From the IMG/VR virus record IMGVR_UViG_3300036985_007703, positions 1 to 64,000 of that record: a stretch of 64,000 nucleotides of DNA. The stretch is one strand, 5' to 3'. The DNA comes from a virus. The position numbers were made by a program, and so were the translations under genes. Below the pieces are notes generated by a model. The model did no database searches, was not told where the DNA came from, and was given only the letters and a program-made list of their open reading frames with translations. Shown one piece after another: positions 54,734-64,000 of this stretch (the stretch's first letter is position 1; every line of letters begins with the position of its first letter).

Positions 54734-55237
54734 CTACAGGGTCACCGTCACGTTGCGCTGCAGCGACTTCTCGCTGGTCTTGATCACCTCATCGAAGGTC
54801 ACGTAAAACATCATGTTGTCCCCCGCATCGAACGCCGCCAGCTCGAACAGCGAGGGGCTGCCCCCCGTCCCATCGTCGTTCGCCTCAGCCGCGTCCAGCG
54901 CGCAGACCACCGTGAGCACGTTGTCCACCACGCTCACGGTCCCCGGCGCCAAGGGCTTGCAATAGTACCAGTTCTGCCCCACGCGCGTCCCCACGGGGGC
55001 CGTCCCCTCGCTCCCCGCCGGCGTGGGCCAGCCCGGCGGCACGGGGCACGCCGCGCCGCCCGCCGCCTGGATGTCCCCGTAGCTCGCCGCGGGCGCCGGC
55101 ATCGCCGACCCCGAGGGCAGGTTCGCGCACCCCCACTTCACATAGCTGAGCTTCAGGGCGTCGAGCGGCGCGCCGTCCCGCGCCACCGCCGCGTACCGCT
55201 CCCGGTAGAGGTCCGTAAACACGCCTGCCGATGCCAT
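54734..55237 (-). CDS. baseplate / tail-collar-like protein
   Basis: ELAAFDAGDNMMFYVTFDEVIKT resembles a tail-collar fibre domain. Confidence 0.6.
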   Translation of the reverse strand: MASAGVFTDLYRERYAAVARDGAPLDALKLSYVKWGCANLPSGSAMPAPAASYGDIQAAGGAACPVPPGWPTPAGSEGTAPVGTRVGQNWYYCKPLAPGTVSVVDNVLTVVCALDAAEANDDGTGGSPSLFELAAFDAGDNMMFYVTFDEVIKTSEKSLQRNVTVTL

Positions 55238-55249
55238 GCCGTCTCCTGT

Positions 55250-57688
55250 CTAGCGCGTGATCGTGAACGTGAAGCGCACCTCGCCGTTCGCCACCGCCGC
55301 CGTTGCCCTCGCCTGGAGCGTAACCGCCCCCGCCCCAGCGAGCAAGGAAGTCAGGTCCACCGCGCCGCCGCCCGGCGCCACGCGCCACACCAGGTCGTCG
55401 TAGCCCGTGCGCACGTCGTCCAGGCCCCACGGGGTGTCCCCGTCCACGTCCACCCAGATCGACTGCTCCTCGCCGATCTCGTTGAGGTCGCCCCGCTGCT
55501 CCACCGTCAGGAGCACCTGCGTGGCCCCAGCGAGGTCCCCCACGTCGAAGGCGTGCGCCACCGTGGCCCCCGCCTGCACCGCCAGCAGCACGTGCTGGCT
55601 CGTCAGCACGAGGGCCCCCGTCACCGGCAGCACGTGCCCGTCCATCGGCAGCACGTCCGCGGGCCACCCCGGCGCATCGAAGGTCTCCGTGAACGGCAGC
55701 ACCGTCACAAGGGTCTCCTGCAGCGCGCCCACCGCGAGGCCCGGCACCCCCATCCCGATCGCCGTCGTGTAGACCAGCGCGTACTCGCTCACCCGCACGT
55801 GGATCGGCACCAGCGTCGCCTCGATCTTCGCGATGAGGCGCCGGACCGCCGCGTCCAGCGGGAGCCCAAACCCGAAATAGGTGTCCGCCCCCCATGGCCC
55901 GCCCTGCGGCGTGATCTCCACCCGGATGCGGTTGCTCCGGCAGTACCCGCAGTCCGCCAGCAGCTCCGGCCAGTAGCGCACCGCCACGTCCGCCCCCAAC
56001 GCCGGCGTGGGCGCCGCGGGGTCCTGCCCCACCACGACGTCCCAGTGCCACCGCAGGGGGTCCAGCGGGTCGACCACCGTCCCCACCTCCGCATCGATCC
56101 ACCACACGGCATCCCCCAGCGCCGGCGGCACGCCCCCCGCCCGGTCGTACACCGAGAGCCCGAAGATCCCCTTGCGCACCCCCCGGAAGTCCCCCAGGGC
56201 CTCCTTGAGGACCGACACCGTGACCACGTGCCCCCCCATCAGGTTGTAGCCCGCGGCCTCCGCCGCCGTGAGGTCCCGCACCGCCACCACGCGCGCGGGG
56301 TCCCGCTCCGGGTGGGCATAGCCCTGCGCCACGTCCAGCGCGAAGGCGAGCCCCACGGAGAGCCCCGCCGGGGAGAAGTCCTCATACAGGAAGCAATCGT
56401 CGATCAGCGTCTTCCAGCGATCCGCCTCCACGGCGTCCCGCCAGTCGTAGTACTGCACGTCCGCGTTGATGTCGTCGAACCGCACGGCCCGCGGCTCGAT
56501 CGTCGTGTACCACCTGTCCCCCACGTGATGCACCGCCGGCGCCGGCAGGAGCCCCGCGAACCCCGCATCGCTCAGCAGGTGCAGGGGCCGCGCCGCCACC
56601 GCGAAGCCGCTCACCGCCCCGCGGATCCGGTAGCTCTCCGCCGTGGCCTTCAGCCCGAAGAACTTGTGCGCATGCGCGATCGTCGCGCGCTGCACGCTCT
56701 CCGGGTCGTTCGCATCGTTCTCAAACCCAAAGTCCCGCGCCAGCACGTCCAGCAGGCTCGCGGGCCGCGCCGCCACGTAGTAGCCCGCCACCCGCCAGTC
56801 CGCCGTGATCGGCGTGGTCCCCCACGGCAGGTCCCAGGTCCCCGTCCAATCGGGGCTCGCGAGCGCGCGCTCGTAGTCCACGGTCCCCCGCGCCTCCCCG
56901 AGGTCCGCCTCGCCCGTGCCGGGGTCCACGAAGTACAGCACGCCATAGCCATCGTAGGGGTCGTTCGGCACGTCGACCAGCGCCACGCGGTCCGCCCACC
57001 AGGGGCTGCTGTACCACAGCACGAGCCCCGCCGCGGCCACCGTCAGGGGCCCCGACGTGTCCATGGGCCGCAGGCGCCAGGGCGCCCCCGGCAGGGCCAC
57101 CGGCGGCGTCTGCGTGCCGTCCCCAGCCCCCACCGCCACGCCGTACTGCGTGGCCGGCCACAGCCCCAGGGGCACCCCCGCCACCCAGACCTCGTTCGCC
57201 TCGGACTGCGCGGGGGCCGCCGCGTCGAAGAGGCGCGTCCGCACGTTCACCACGCGGTAGCGCGCGCCCCCCCACTCTACCCACCACTGCGGGGCCACCC
57301 GGCTGATGGCCGCATAGGGCGCCCACGCCACGCCGAAGGCCTCGTCCCCGTAGGGGAAGGCGCTCGCCAGCGCGGGCTCCCGCAGCACCACCACGGGGCC
57401 GTGCGTCGCGTCCACCACCCACGTCGCGCTCTCAAAGTACAGCCATTCCTCGGTCCCGAGCCGCCCCCGCACCTGGAAGGGATCCCGCTGCGCCGGCAGC
57501 GCCGCGATCTGGTCGCGCACCGCCTCCAGCTCGTCCGCCCACGTCCCCAGCAAGCGCTGCAGGACGTCCCCCTGGCCCGCGTCCTCCGCCTGCCAGAGCT
57601 GCGGCACGTTGCCCCACAGCACGCGCCGCGCCCAGCTCCCCTGGCCGAAGCGCCCGCTGCCAAATGGCTCGTTTCCAAAGGTCGGCAA
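55250..57688 (-). CDS. baseplate wedge-like protein
   Basis: LLDVLARDFG...QRATI...FFGLKAT and LVPIHV resemble P2 gpI-like wedge motifs; structural context. Confidence 0.6.
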   Translation of the reverse strand: MPTFGNEPFGSGRFGQGSWARRVLWGNVPQLWQAEDAGQGDVLQRLLGTWADELEAVRDQIAALPAQRDPFQVRGRLGTEEWLYFESATWVVDATHGPVVVLREPALASAFPYGDEAFGVAWAPYAAISRVAPQWWVEWGGARYRVVNVRTRLFDAAAPAQSEANEVWVAGVPLGLWPATQYGVAVGAGDGTQTPPVALPGAPWRLRPMDTSGPLTVAAAGLVLWYSSPWWADRVALVDVPNDPYDGYGVLYFVDPGTGEADLGEARGTVDYERALASPDWTGTWDLPWGTTPITADWRVAGYYVAARPASLLDVLARDFGFENDANDPESVQRATIAHAHKFFGLKATAESYRIRGAVSGFAVAARPLHLLSDAGFAGLLPAPAVHHVGDRWYTTIEPRAVRFDDINADVQYYDWRDAVEADRWKTLIDDCFLYEDFSPAGLSVGLAFALDVAQGYAHPERDPARVVAVRDLTAAEAAGYNLMGGHVVTVSVLKEALGDFRGVRKGIFGLSVYDRAGGVPPALGDAVWWIDAEVGTVVDPLDPLRWHWDVVVGQDPAAPTPALGADVAVRYWPELLADCGYCRSNRIRVEITPQGGPWGADTYFGFGLPLDAAVRRLIAKIEATLVPIHVRVSEYALVYTTAIGMGVPGLAVGALQETLVTVLPFTETFDAPGWPADVLPMDGHVLPVTGALVLTSQHVLLAVQAGATVAHAFDVGDLAGATQVLLTVEQRGDLNEIGEEQSIWVDVDGDTPWGLDDVRTGYDDLVWRVAPGGGAVDLTSLLAGAGAVTLQARATAAVANGEVRFTFTITR

Positions 57689-57696
57689 CGCCTACC

Positions 57697-58098
57697 TCAC
57701 TGGGGGTGCGTTCGCAGCCACGCCGCGTGCGCCTTGGCAAAGGTCTCCGCCAGCGGCACCTCCACCGGCGCCCCCGTGGGCCACGCCGTCGCACCCTCGC
57801 CCAACGCCGCGGGGATCTTCTCCGCCGTCACGCCCTCCGCGAAACGCCCCGCCCCCACGAGCCACTGCAGCACGGCCTTCGCCGCCCGCATGCGCCCCAT
57901 CGTCCCCTCGGGGTACCCCGTGGGCTCCCCGCCCTGCACAAAGATGTCCGCGCGCCGCGTCTGGCAGCTCGGGCACACCGGCGTCGCCACGACCCCGATG
58001 CCCACCGTCAGATCCGCCGCCGCATACACCGTCGGCGCCCCGCACAGGCACACGATCTCCACGCCCTCGGGCAGCAATCGCTTGATCGACATGCACAC
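57697..58098 (-). CDS. hypothetical protein with a Zn ribbon
   Basis: CLCG...CPSC. Confidence 0.5.
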   Translation of the reverse strand: MCMSIKRLLPEGVEIVCLCGAPTVYAAADLTVGIGVVATPVCPSCQTRRADIFVQGGEPTGYPEGTMGRMRAAKAVLQWLVGAGRFAEGVTAEKIPAALGEGATAWPTGAPVEVPLAETFAKAHAAWLRTHPQ

Positions 58099-58109
58099 AC
58101 CTCCACGCT

Positions 58110-60254
58110 CTACAGGTAGGTCACCGTCGCGTTGCCGTGCCAGTAGGCCGCCGTCGCGTTCGCCACGATGTCCGTCATCACAAACGCCATCGCCCCATAC
58201 CCGTCGGCCGCGGTCCCCGTGATCGTCGCGGGCATCCCCGCCACGTGGGACTGGTTCGACACGTCATACGTGATCGTGTCCACCGCCCCGCGGAACGTCT
58301 TGTGGATCTCGGAATACAGGAACGTCGCCGCGTTCCCCCCCGTCTGGTTCCACCACCCGAACCCCAGGGGCACCACCTCGACGTTGCCCCCGCCCGTCAC
58401 GATCGGCGAGAGGTGGCCCAAGATCAGCGAGTCCAGCCACGAGATCGTCGCGTCCCACGCCAGGATCGCCCACCCCGTCGCGAACCCCGCCGTCAAGGAA
58501 GACTTGGTGCTCATCTGGAACCCGAGGAGCGTGTTGATCGAGAGCGACTTTGCATCCCAGGCATCGTCGTCGGGCACCCACTTGCTCGTCCCCTGGTTCC
58601 ACCGCGCGTTGGTCGTCAACATGAGCGTCCCCGCCCCGCTGAAGTAGATGCGCGACTTGATAGCCGAGGACCCACCGCCCTCCCAGAGGAGGCAGCACGT
58701 GTCGTTGCCGCCCGTCCCCGGCTCGAAGGGCCCGTTGACATAGCTCGCGTCGGATCCCAGCACCACCTGCCCGCCCACCAGCGTCACGCCGCTGTCCAGT
58801 GTGAGGAGCCCTACCACGTTGGCGATCAGCGCCGTGATGTTGAAGATTCCGCCGCCGATGTCGAACCCGCTGGCCCCGCCCACGTTCCCCACGCGCGTGT
58901 ACGCGCTCCAGTTCGCCAGGTTGTTCCAGGCGAGCCCCCCGCTGAAGACCCCGTGCTTCGCGAGCAGCATGGGCCCCATCTGGTTGTCGGAGCTGAGCCG
59001 CAGCATCGTCACCGAGGTCTGCGGCGCGATCGGCGCGCGGTAGAAGTTCCCTGCAGTGATATACCCACCCACGATCGCCGCGAAGCCCAGGGTCGAGCCC
59101 CAGTACAGCGTGATCGTCTGCCCCGTCACCAACGAGTCATCCGTGATGCCGTGCGACCGCCAGATCTGGACCGCCCCGCTCGGCGCCGTCTCGGGGTCGA
59201 TCTGCGGCACGCGGCCGTTGATCGCCCCCGTCAGGATCGCGATGGCCTCGGAGACGTTCTTGCTCGTGATGCTGGTGGGGTCCCCCGCGACGTCCCGCGT
59301 CTGGATGTCCTCGGCGTGCGGGAAGATGTCAAACCCCTCCACGAAGCGGTCGTCCGTGACGAGGTCCCGCACCGTGGCCCGCGTCCAGTACCACGCGGTG
59401 CCCGCCGGGGGCGCCGTGTCACTCGTGTGCCCCAGGTCCAGCTTGATCCAGGGGTTCGTGACGAACCCCTCGCTGTCCGCCGTCGCCAGCGTCGTGGCCC
59501 CGCTGTCCGCATACAGCGTCGCCACCGTGATGCGCCCGTTATCGTCCCCCACGTAGGGGCCCTGCATGCGGAACGACGCCGCCGACGCCCCCAGCTGGAT
59601 GAAGCTCGACTTGAGCGTCCACGCGCCGCCCCCCAAGGGGCAGTACACCTTGCCCGTGATCTGGAACACGGGGGGCGACCCCGTGGGGGCCGCGAAGTCG
59701 AGCGACGCGCGCTTCACCGTCACGCGGTCCAACGACGCCGTCATGCGGTAGCAGCTCGCCGGCGTCGCCGACGTGCTGCGGTCGATGTAGCTGTCCAGGA
59801 TCGTCGTCGCCCCCATCGGGATCGTGATCTTGGCCAGGCGCACCGCGCTCCCGCTCGTGCTGGGGGCCGTGGTGTCCACGTAGAAGGCCCCGCTCGTGGG
59901 GGCCCCCGTCGCGTAGGTGCAGCTCAGGTACACGTAGTACGTCTTGGTGCTCGGCATCGTGCCGCCACCCCCGGTGAACTGCCCGCTGAGGTCCACCGAG
60001 ACGTCCGTCGCGTAGCGCACCGCGAGGGCCGCCCCGCCGGTCTTCTCCACCCACAGGTAGAAGCTGTCCTGCTCCCCGTTCGGCGTGATCTTGACCGTCT
60101 TGTTCGGGGTGGCCTGCGCCATGACGTAGCCCCCCCGGTAGATGCCGGGGTCCAGCACCGCAAGCGCCTTGTTGACCCCCTCGGAGACGTAGGTCTCGCG
60201 CCACCGCACCTTCATCTGCGCCTCGGGGATCACGACCGTCTGCACTGTGGCCAT
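58110..60254 (-). CDS. tail fibre / structural protein
   Basis: G/T/S-rich beta protein; RLAKITIP.GAT.I.DS.I motif typical of fibre anchors. Confidence 0.6.
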   Translation of the reverse strand: MATVQTVVIPEAQMKVRWRETYVSEGVNKALAVLDPGIYRGGYVMAQATPNKTVKITPNGEQDSFYLWVEKTGGAALAVRYATDVSVDLSGQFTGGGGTMPSTKTYYVYLSCTYATGAPTSGAFYVDTTAPSTSGSAVRLAKITIPMGATTILDSYIDRSTSATPASCYRMTASLDRVTVKRASLDFAAPTGSPPVFQITGKVYCPLGGGAWTLKSSFIQLGASAASFRMQGPYVGDDNGRITVATLYADSGATTLATADSEGFVTNPWIKLDLGHTSDTAPPAGTAWYWTRATVRDLVTDDRFVEGFDIFPHAEDIQTRDVAGDPTSITSKNVSEAIAILTGAINGRVPQIDPETAPSGAVQIWRSHGITDDSLVTGQTITLYWGSTLGFAAIVGGYITAGNFYRAPIAPQTSVTMLRLSSDNQMGPMLLAKHGVFSGGLAWNNLANWSAYTRVGNVGGASGFDIGGGIFNITALIANVVGLLTLDSGVTLVGGQVVLGSDASYVNGPFEPGTGGNDTCCLLWEGGGSSAIKSRIYFSGAGTLMLTTNARWNQGTSKWVPDDDAWDAKSLSINTLLGFQMSTKSSLTAGFATGWAILAWDATISWLDSLILGHLSPIVTGGGNVEVVPLGFGWWNQTGGNAATFLYSEIHKTFRGAVDTITYDVSNQSHVAGMPATITGTAADGYGAMAFVMTDIVANATAAYWHGNATVTYL

Positions 60255-60295
60255 CGCCTACCTCGCTCGCTCGCTGCGTACGCGCGTACGCAGGG

Positions 60296-60793
60296 TCAGT
60301 CCTCTAGGATGCCGCACTTGAAAAACACCAACATCGCCTCGGCGTCGAGCGTGCCATCGGGCACCTCGCTCCGCTTGATCTTGTAGGGCTCAAAGTCGGT
60401 GGTGAGCTGGAGCAGCTCCTCCTCCTTCTTCGTCAGCGCCTTCTCGTCGATCTCCGCCTGGGGGTGCTCCTGGCGGAGGGCCGCCACCGCGATCTCCAGG
60501 GCATCGGGGTTCGCGATCTGGTAGCGGAAGGACCCCGGTTGGTCCGGGATCGGGGCCCGCTTGGGCTCGCCCGCCACCGTCTTCTCGGCGTGGTCCTCGA
60601 CCAGCTTGTTCCGCGCCGTGCTGAACGCCTTCATAGCCTCCGTGGGCTCGATCTGCTTCTTGAGGTCCTCGATTGGCTTGTCGAGCTTCGCCCGATTCCG
60701 CGCGATGGCCCACGCCACGTTCGTCACCTTGACCGCGCTGTTCCGCCGCAACGTCGCATCGCACACCAGCATCAACTCGTTCCCTAGCTGCAT
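60296..60793 (-). CDS. hypothetical protein, possible fibre-associated chaperone
   Basis: Helical and charged; lies between fibre genes. Confidence 0.5.
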   Translation of the reverse strand: MQLGNELMLVCDATLRRNSAVKVTNVAWAIARNRAKLDKPIEDLKKQIEPTEAMKAFSTARNKLVEDHAEKTVAGEPKRAPIPDQPGSFRYQIANPDALEIAVAALRQEHPQAEIDEKALTKKEEELLQLTTDFEPYKIKRSEVPDGTLDAEAMLVFFKCGILED

Positions 60794-60896
60794 CGTTCTG
60801 CTCCTTCGTTTGCCACGTTCAACCGTGCATCCTTGAGTGGTTCTTACTCAAGCCACGCTACCACAGCCGCTCGCCCCCCGCCAACCTTCCCCCGCG

Positions 60897-61151
60897 TCAC
60901 TCGACGGGGATCTTCGCGATCTCCGCCTCGACCGCAAGGGCCTGCGCGTCGAGCGCCGTGAGCTGCGCCTCCAGGCGGGGCTTCACCGTCACCGTCGCGT
61001 AGGCCACGGCCACCGCGACGCGGTCCTGCTCCGTCGCCCCGAACACGAGCGTGTCGATCTGCTCCGCCGTCACACTGCCGCCGCCCATGCCCGCGTAATA
61101 CTGCCGCAGCATCTCGGTCGCCCACGCCTTCTGATCCGCTGTAAACGCCAT
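60897..61151 (-). CDS. small hypothetical protein
   Basis: GGAGG RBS. Confidence 0.55.
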   Translation of the reverse strand: MAFTADQKAWATEMLRQYYAGMGGGSVTAEQIDTLVFGATEQDRVAVAVAYATVTVKPRLEAQLTALDAQALAVEAEIAKIPVE

Positions 61152-61211
61152 CGATCACCTCCATTGGATTAGGCCAGCAGCACCCACTGCCAGCGTCAAA
61201 CGTCGCGCACC

Positions 61212-64000
61212 TCAGAACCGCTGGATCTTCTCCGGCCGCCGAGGCTCGTTAGGATCTGGCACGAACCCCGTGTTGTTGTACTTGGCCACGCCCACATGAA
61301 ACTGGAAATTACTGATACACCCCGCCATCGAGGCCGCTGTACTTCCATTGAACAATCGAAGAGACGCGCCAGGGTTGGTCATGATCGTCCCCGCACCTAC
61401 ACCAGTGCGCGCCGTGATAATCCCATCTACATAAGTCGTTACAATATCGTAAGCAGAGCGTTGAAATACAATGTGATGCCACTCCTCGTTAGGAATAGCA
61501 GGTGTGGAAAATGTCGTGGGATTTTCATAATTATCGAAGAGATACCAATAGAATGTCACCACCCCCGCCGTGTCCTGTCGGATCTCAAATCCCTTCGAAT
61601 CACTACCAACACCATCCATTCCGCTGATGATACAGCGCGTACCTATGGTGGACCGTGATTCAAAATAGACCCAGAACTCGATCGTAAACGCCCGCTCTCG
61701 TGGCGAAACCGGCATGATGAAGTTGGACTTCGTGCCCCATGAGCTATTACTCAGCGCCGTCCCTACCATCCCCACGGGACTATTGAACTCCCACCGATCC
61801 TGTCCCTCGGTGGTCACCTGACGGGATCCACGCAACCAGAACGCGCAATAATCGTTGTACTGACGGCGGTAGGTGATCAGATCTCGTGGTGGCGCGAACG
61901 TGCCTGTCCACAACGCTTTGCCCACGAATAGGCGGATGTTTTCCAGGTAAGACGGTGGGTTGGTGGGCAACGGCGCGACGGCATAATTCTGGGCACAGTA
62001 GCAAAACTGCCCCGTGTCGCGGATGGCGTAATTCGCGGCCACCGTTTGGCTGAGGGTCTCTGTCCCGTTGACGAAGAGCTTGATCGTGGTCCCCGATCGC
62101 ACCAGGGCGATGTGATGCCACGTCTGCGCGGACACGTAACCGCCCCCCGTCTGCGTGTAGCGCGTCGTCCCGTCATACACGGAGAAGCAATACTGTGCCC
62201 CCGTGTTCAGATAGATGCGGATGGATCCGCTGGGGTAATTCGCCCCCCAACTCACCGAATTACAGTAGTTGAAAAGGTCCGTCTCTACCGACAGCGACCC
62301 GGCATTACACCACCGCTGCCAGAAGTCGATGGTGAAGTCGCTCGTGCCAAAACTTACGCTGCGCACGGGTGAAGGCATACTCATCGACGACGACACACCA
62401 GTGACCATGACGAACCCACTGAGGGAGAGCTTGAGGGGGCCAACATCCTTCGCGACCACCGTTTTTGAACCGCCCACCGCCGCCGACAGCGCGGGCGTCA
62501 GGGCTAACACGGCATCCCCATGGCAGTAGTCGCGCTTGCTCGTGGATGGCGTGAAGTTGGCCGTCCACAAGGCACGGCCCTTGATGACCTCCAGATCGCT
62601 CAAATAGCCGACCCACTGGTTGACGTTGCTCGTGTCCAGGTTGCCGTAATACAGATAAACCCCACTGGTCCGGTAGGGCGTACTCGATGTCTCGCTGCCC
62701 GCGTTGGTGCCGTCAATGTACACGGTCGTCGTGGTGCTGGCGCGCACAATGGCGATGTGATGCCACGCGCTATCGTTCAGGTTCGTCCCCGCCTTTGATG
62801 CCACGATGCTATGCTCCGTGGCCCCACTGTTCTTCGCGTTCCAGGTCAACTGATTGGCCGCCGTCAGCGAGAGGCGGAACCGATAGGTGTTGTCATCCGT
62901 GCCACTGTTGAGCAGATGCTTGGGGTACGTGCTGGACGACGTTTGAAGCCAGAACTGAATCGTAAACTCCCCCGTATCGAAGTAGAAAGGGGTGGGGTCG
63001 ATCGAGGGGGTATATACGTTCGATGGCTCCAGCACACTGATCGCCTTGAGCGTACCGGCATTGAACTCCCACGCATACTGGCTGATCCACATGCCCTGGC
63101 CCGTGGGACCGGCCGTGAGCGCCGTCCACGCCCCCCGCACCGCCCGGTACAGCCGCTGATACCGCGTGGTATCGCCGGTGGAACTGCGCAAGGCTGGCGA
63201 GCGGTTGTAGAATCGCTGTAAACCTGAGGTGGTGCTATGCAACAAGGGAAAACCCTCATTGGTAAAACCACCCTCCACCGTACCAATACCGCTATCGGTG
63301 TTCCACACGTAGGGATAATACCCTGGGGTAACGGGGTATAGGTTAGCCGCTCGCAAAGAAAACAGAGAACCCGTGAGGAAGGCTTTGGTACTACTCCCCA
63401 GCACATAATCCCGCAGGAACTTGGGCGGTGTAAAAGTCGCGGTCCACAAAGCGGCGTTGCTAAACCTAAACTTACAGACCTTCCCATACCAACTATAGGT
63501 TCCCACAGAGGATCGTGGCCCGCCAACCTCCAAGTAGGCTCCTGCGTTGCTGTAGTTGACGTTGATCGCCTCCGTGGATGTATAGGCTGGCTCGACCCCG
63601 TTGATATACAGCTTTGTCTGCCCCGCCCCCGTGCCCGTGCGCACGACCGCCACATGGCACCACCGATGCGATGGGACGGAATTATCAACTGAAATGAGCC
63701 GAGGCGTGCTCGTACCACCTGTCGCAAAGGTCAGCCGCCCCGACTGGTCCACGTAAAAGGTATAGTCTAAATTTCTCCGACAGATGAACGTGCCCCGCGT
63801 CCCCGTGGTCTGTCGCTCATGCTTAATCCAGGCGTCGATCGTGAAATTCCCCGTGCCCACGTCCGCAAAGCCCGAATCTGAGGACGAGTAAACACCAAGC
63901 AGCAACGCTCCGGGGTTGTCAATGACCGCGAACTGCGCCCCATCGTCTGAGTAGATCACGTTGGCATTCTTGTGCAGCACACGGGTGGGCACGCCAAAGG
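61212..64000 (-). CDS. multi-LamG (concanavalin A-like) fibre or adhesin; true start probably just beyond the window
   Basis: Four units FTI[D/Q/E].W...W.H[VI]...R...(Y/F)[IV].G...G.A.[WY]T..F.P; the frame is open to the window edge. Confidence 0.85.
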   Translation of the reverse strand, partial: FGVPTRVLHKNANVIYSDDGAQFAVIDNPGALLLGVYSSSDSGFADVGTGNFTIDAWIKHERQTTGTRGTFICRRNLDYTFYVDQSGRLTFATGGTSTPRLISVDNSVPSHRWCHVAVVRTGTGAGQTKLYINGVEPAYTSTEAINVNYSNAGAYLEVGGPRSSVGTYSWYGKVCKFRFSNAALWTATFTPPKFLRDYVLGSSTKAFLTGSLFSLRAANLYPVTPGYYPYVWNTDSGIGTVEGGFTNEGFPLLHSTTSGLQRFYNRSPALRSSTGDTTRYQRLYRAVRGAWTALTAGPTGQGMWISQYAWEFNAGTLKAISVLEPSNVYTPSIDPTPFYFDTGEFTIQFWLQTSSSTYPKHLLNSGTDDNTYRFRLSLTAANQLTWNAKNSGATEHSIVASKAGTNLNDSAWHHIAIVRASTTTTVYIDGTNAGSETSSTPYRTSGVYLYYGNLDTSNVNQWVGYLSDLEVIKGRALWTANFTPSTSKRDYCHGDAVLALTPALSAAVGGSKTVVAKDVGPLKLSLSGFVMVTGVSSSMSMPSPVRSVSFGTSDFTIDFWQRWCNAGSLSVETDLFNYCNSVSWGANYPSGSIRIYLNTGAQYCFSVYDGTTRYTQTGGGYVSAQTWHHIALVRSGTTIKLFVNGTETLSQTVAANYAIRDTGQFCYCAQNYAVAPLPTNPPSYLENIRLFVGKALWTGTFAPPRDLITYRRQYNDYCAFWLRGSRQVTTEGQDRWEFNSPVGMVGTALSNSSWGTKSNFIMPVSPRERAFTIEFWVYFESRSTIGTRCIISGMDGVGSDSKGFEIRQDTAGVVTFYWYLFDNYENPTTFSTPAIPNEEWHHIVFQRSAYDIVTTYVDGIITARTGVGAGTIMTNPGASLRLFNGSTAASMAGCISNFQFHVGVAKYNNTGFVPDPNEPRRPEKIQRF

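Larger units (their letters stand above)
7257..60293. repeat. dispersed palindrome family TGCGYAYGCGCRTRCGCA (11 copies)
   Basis: 7257-7276, 16927-16944, 18638-18653, 27483-27502, 31853-31870, 40504-40521, 41816-41833 (imperfect), 45686-45705, 51321-51338, 54707-54726, 60274-60293. Confidence 0.85.

Noticed and set aside
52948-57688. Bacterial eCIS or tailocin locus
   Set aside because: It is contiguous with a full phage replication module and phage-type early genes, so a myovirus tail is the simpler explanation.
54653-58222. Very long plus-strand ORFs (1189 aa here; also 27757..30285, 58137..60386, 4584..6302)
   Set aside because: They are antisense shadows of high-GC3 minus-strand genes, R/P/H-rich with no motifs.
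1-64000. Alternative genetic code or stop-codon reassignment
   Set aside because: Recognisable genes are full length under the standard code, and the only tRNA seen is Lys, not a suppressor.

Overview
This window is part of a large, very GC-rich tailed dsDNA phage genome, probably a myovirus. A Myxococcota host is plausible but inferred only from one lipoprotein and the base composition. Essentially all real genes are on the minus strand; the long plus-strand ORFs are GC-rich shadow frames. In transcription order (right to left) it contains five blocks. (1) A tail fibre/baseplate module at 54.7-64 kb. (2) About 20 unrelated proteins at 41.8-54.7 kb that share a short leader M-x(0-3)-M[R/K/S/Q]xL[I/L]..E-[A/G], resembling the T4 capsid-targeting sequence and prohead-protease site. 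These look like a library of head-packaged, injected proteins and include a zinc protease. (3) A noncoding, hairpin-rich switch region at about 39.6-40.75 kb. (4) An early/accessory region with Bro-N, two DNA methyltransferases, ASCH, thymidylate kinase, a 2xHARP-SNF2 helicase, a lytic transglycosylase and KhpA, driven by repeated GTTGACAAAC sigma70-type promoters. (5) A replication/recombination module with a DnaC-like loader, intein-containing DnaB, primase, SSB, tmRNA, tRNA-Lys, SF2 helicase, MT-A70, Gp157, RecA and a resolvase. The most notable findings are the shared-leader cargo cluster, an 11-copy family of covarying 16-20 bp alternating purine/pyrimidine palindromes mostly just upstream of genes, a phage tmRNA with a divergent tag, and a D12 methylase carrying five 16-aa tandem repeats. 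All calls come from reading motifs by eye; no database searches were run.
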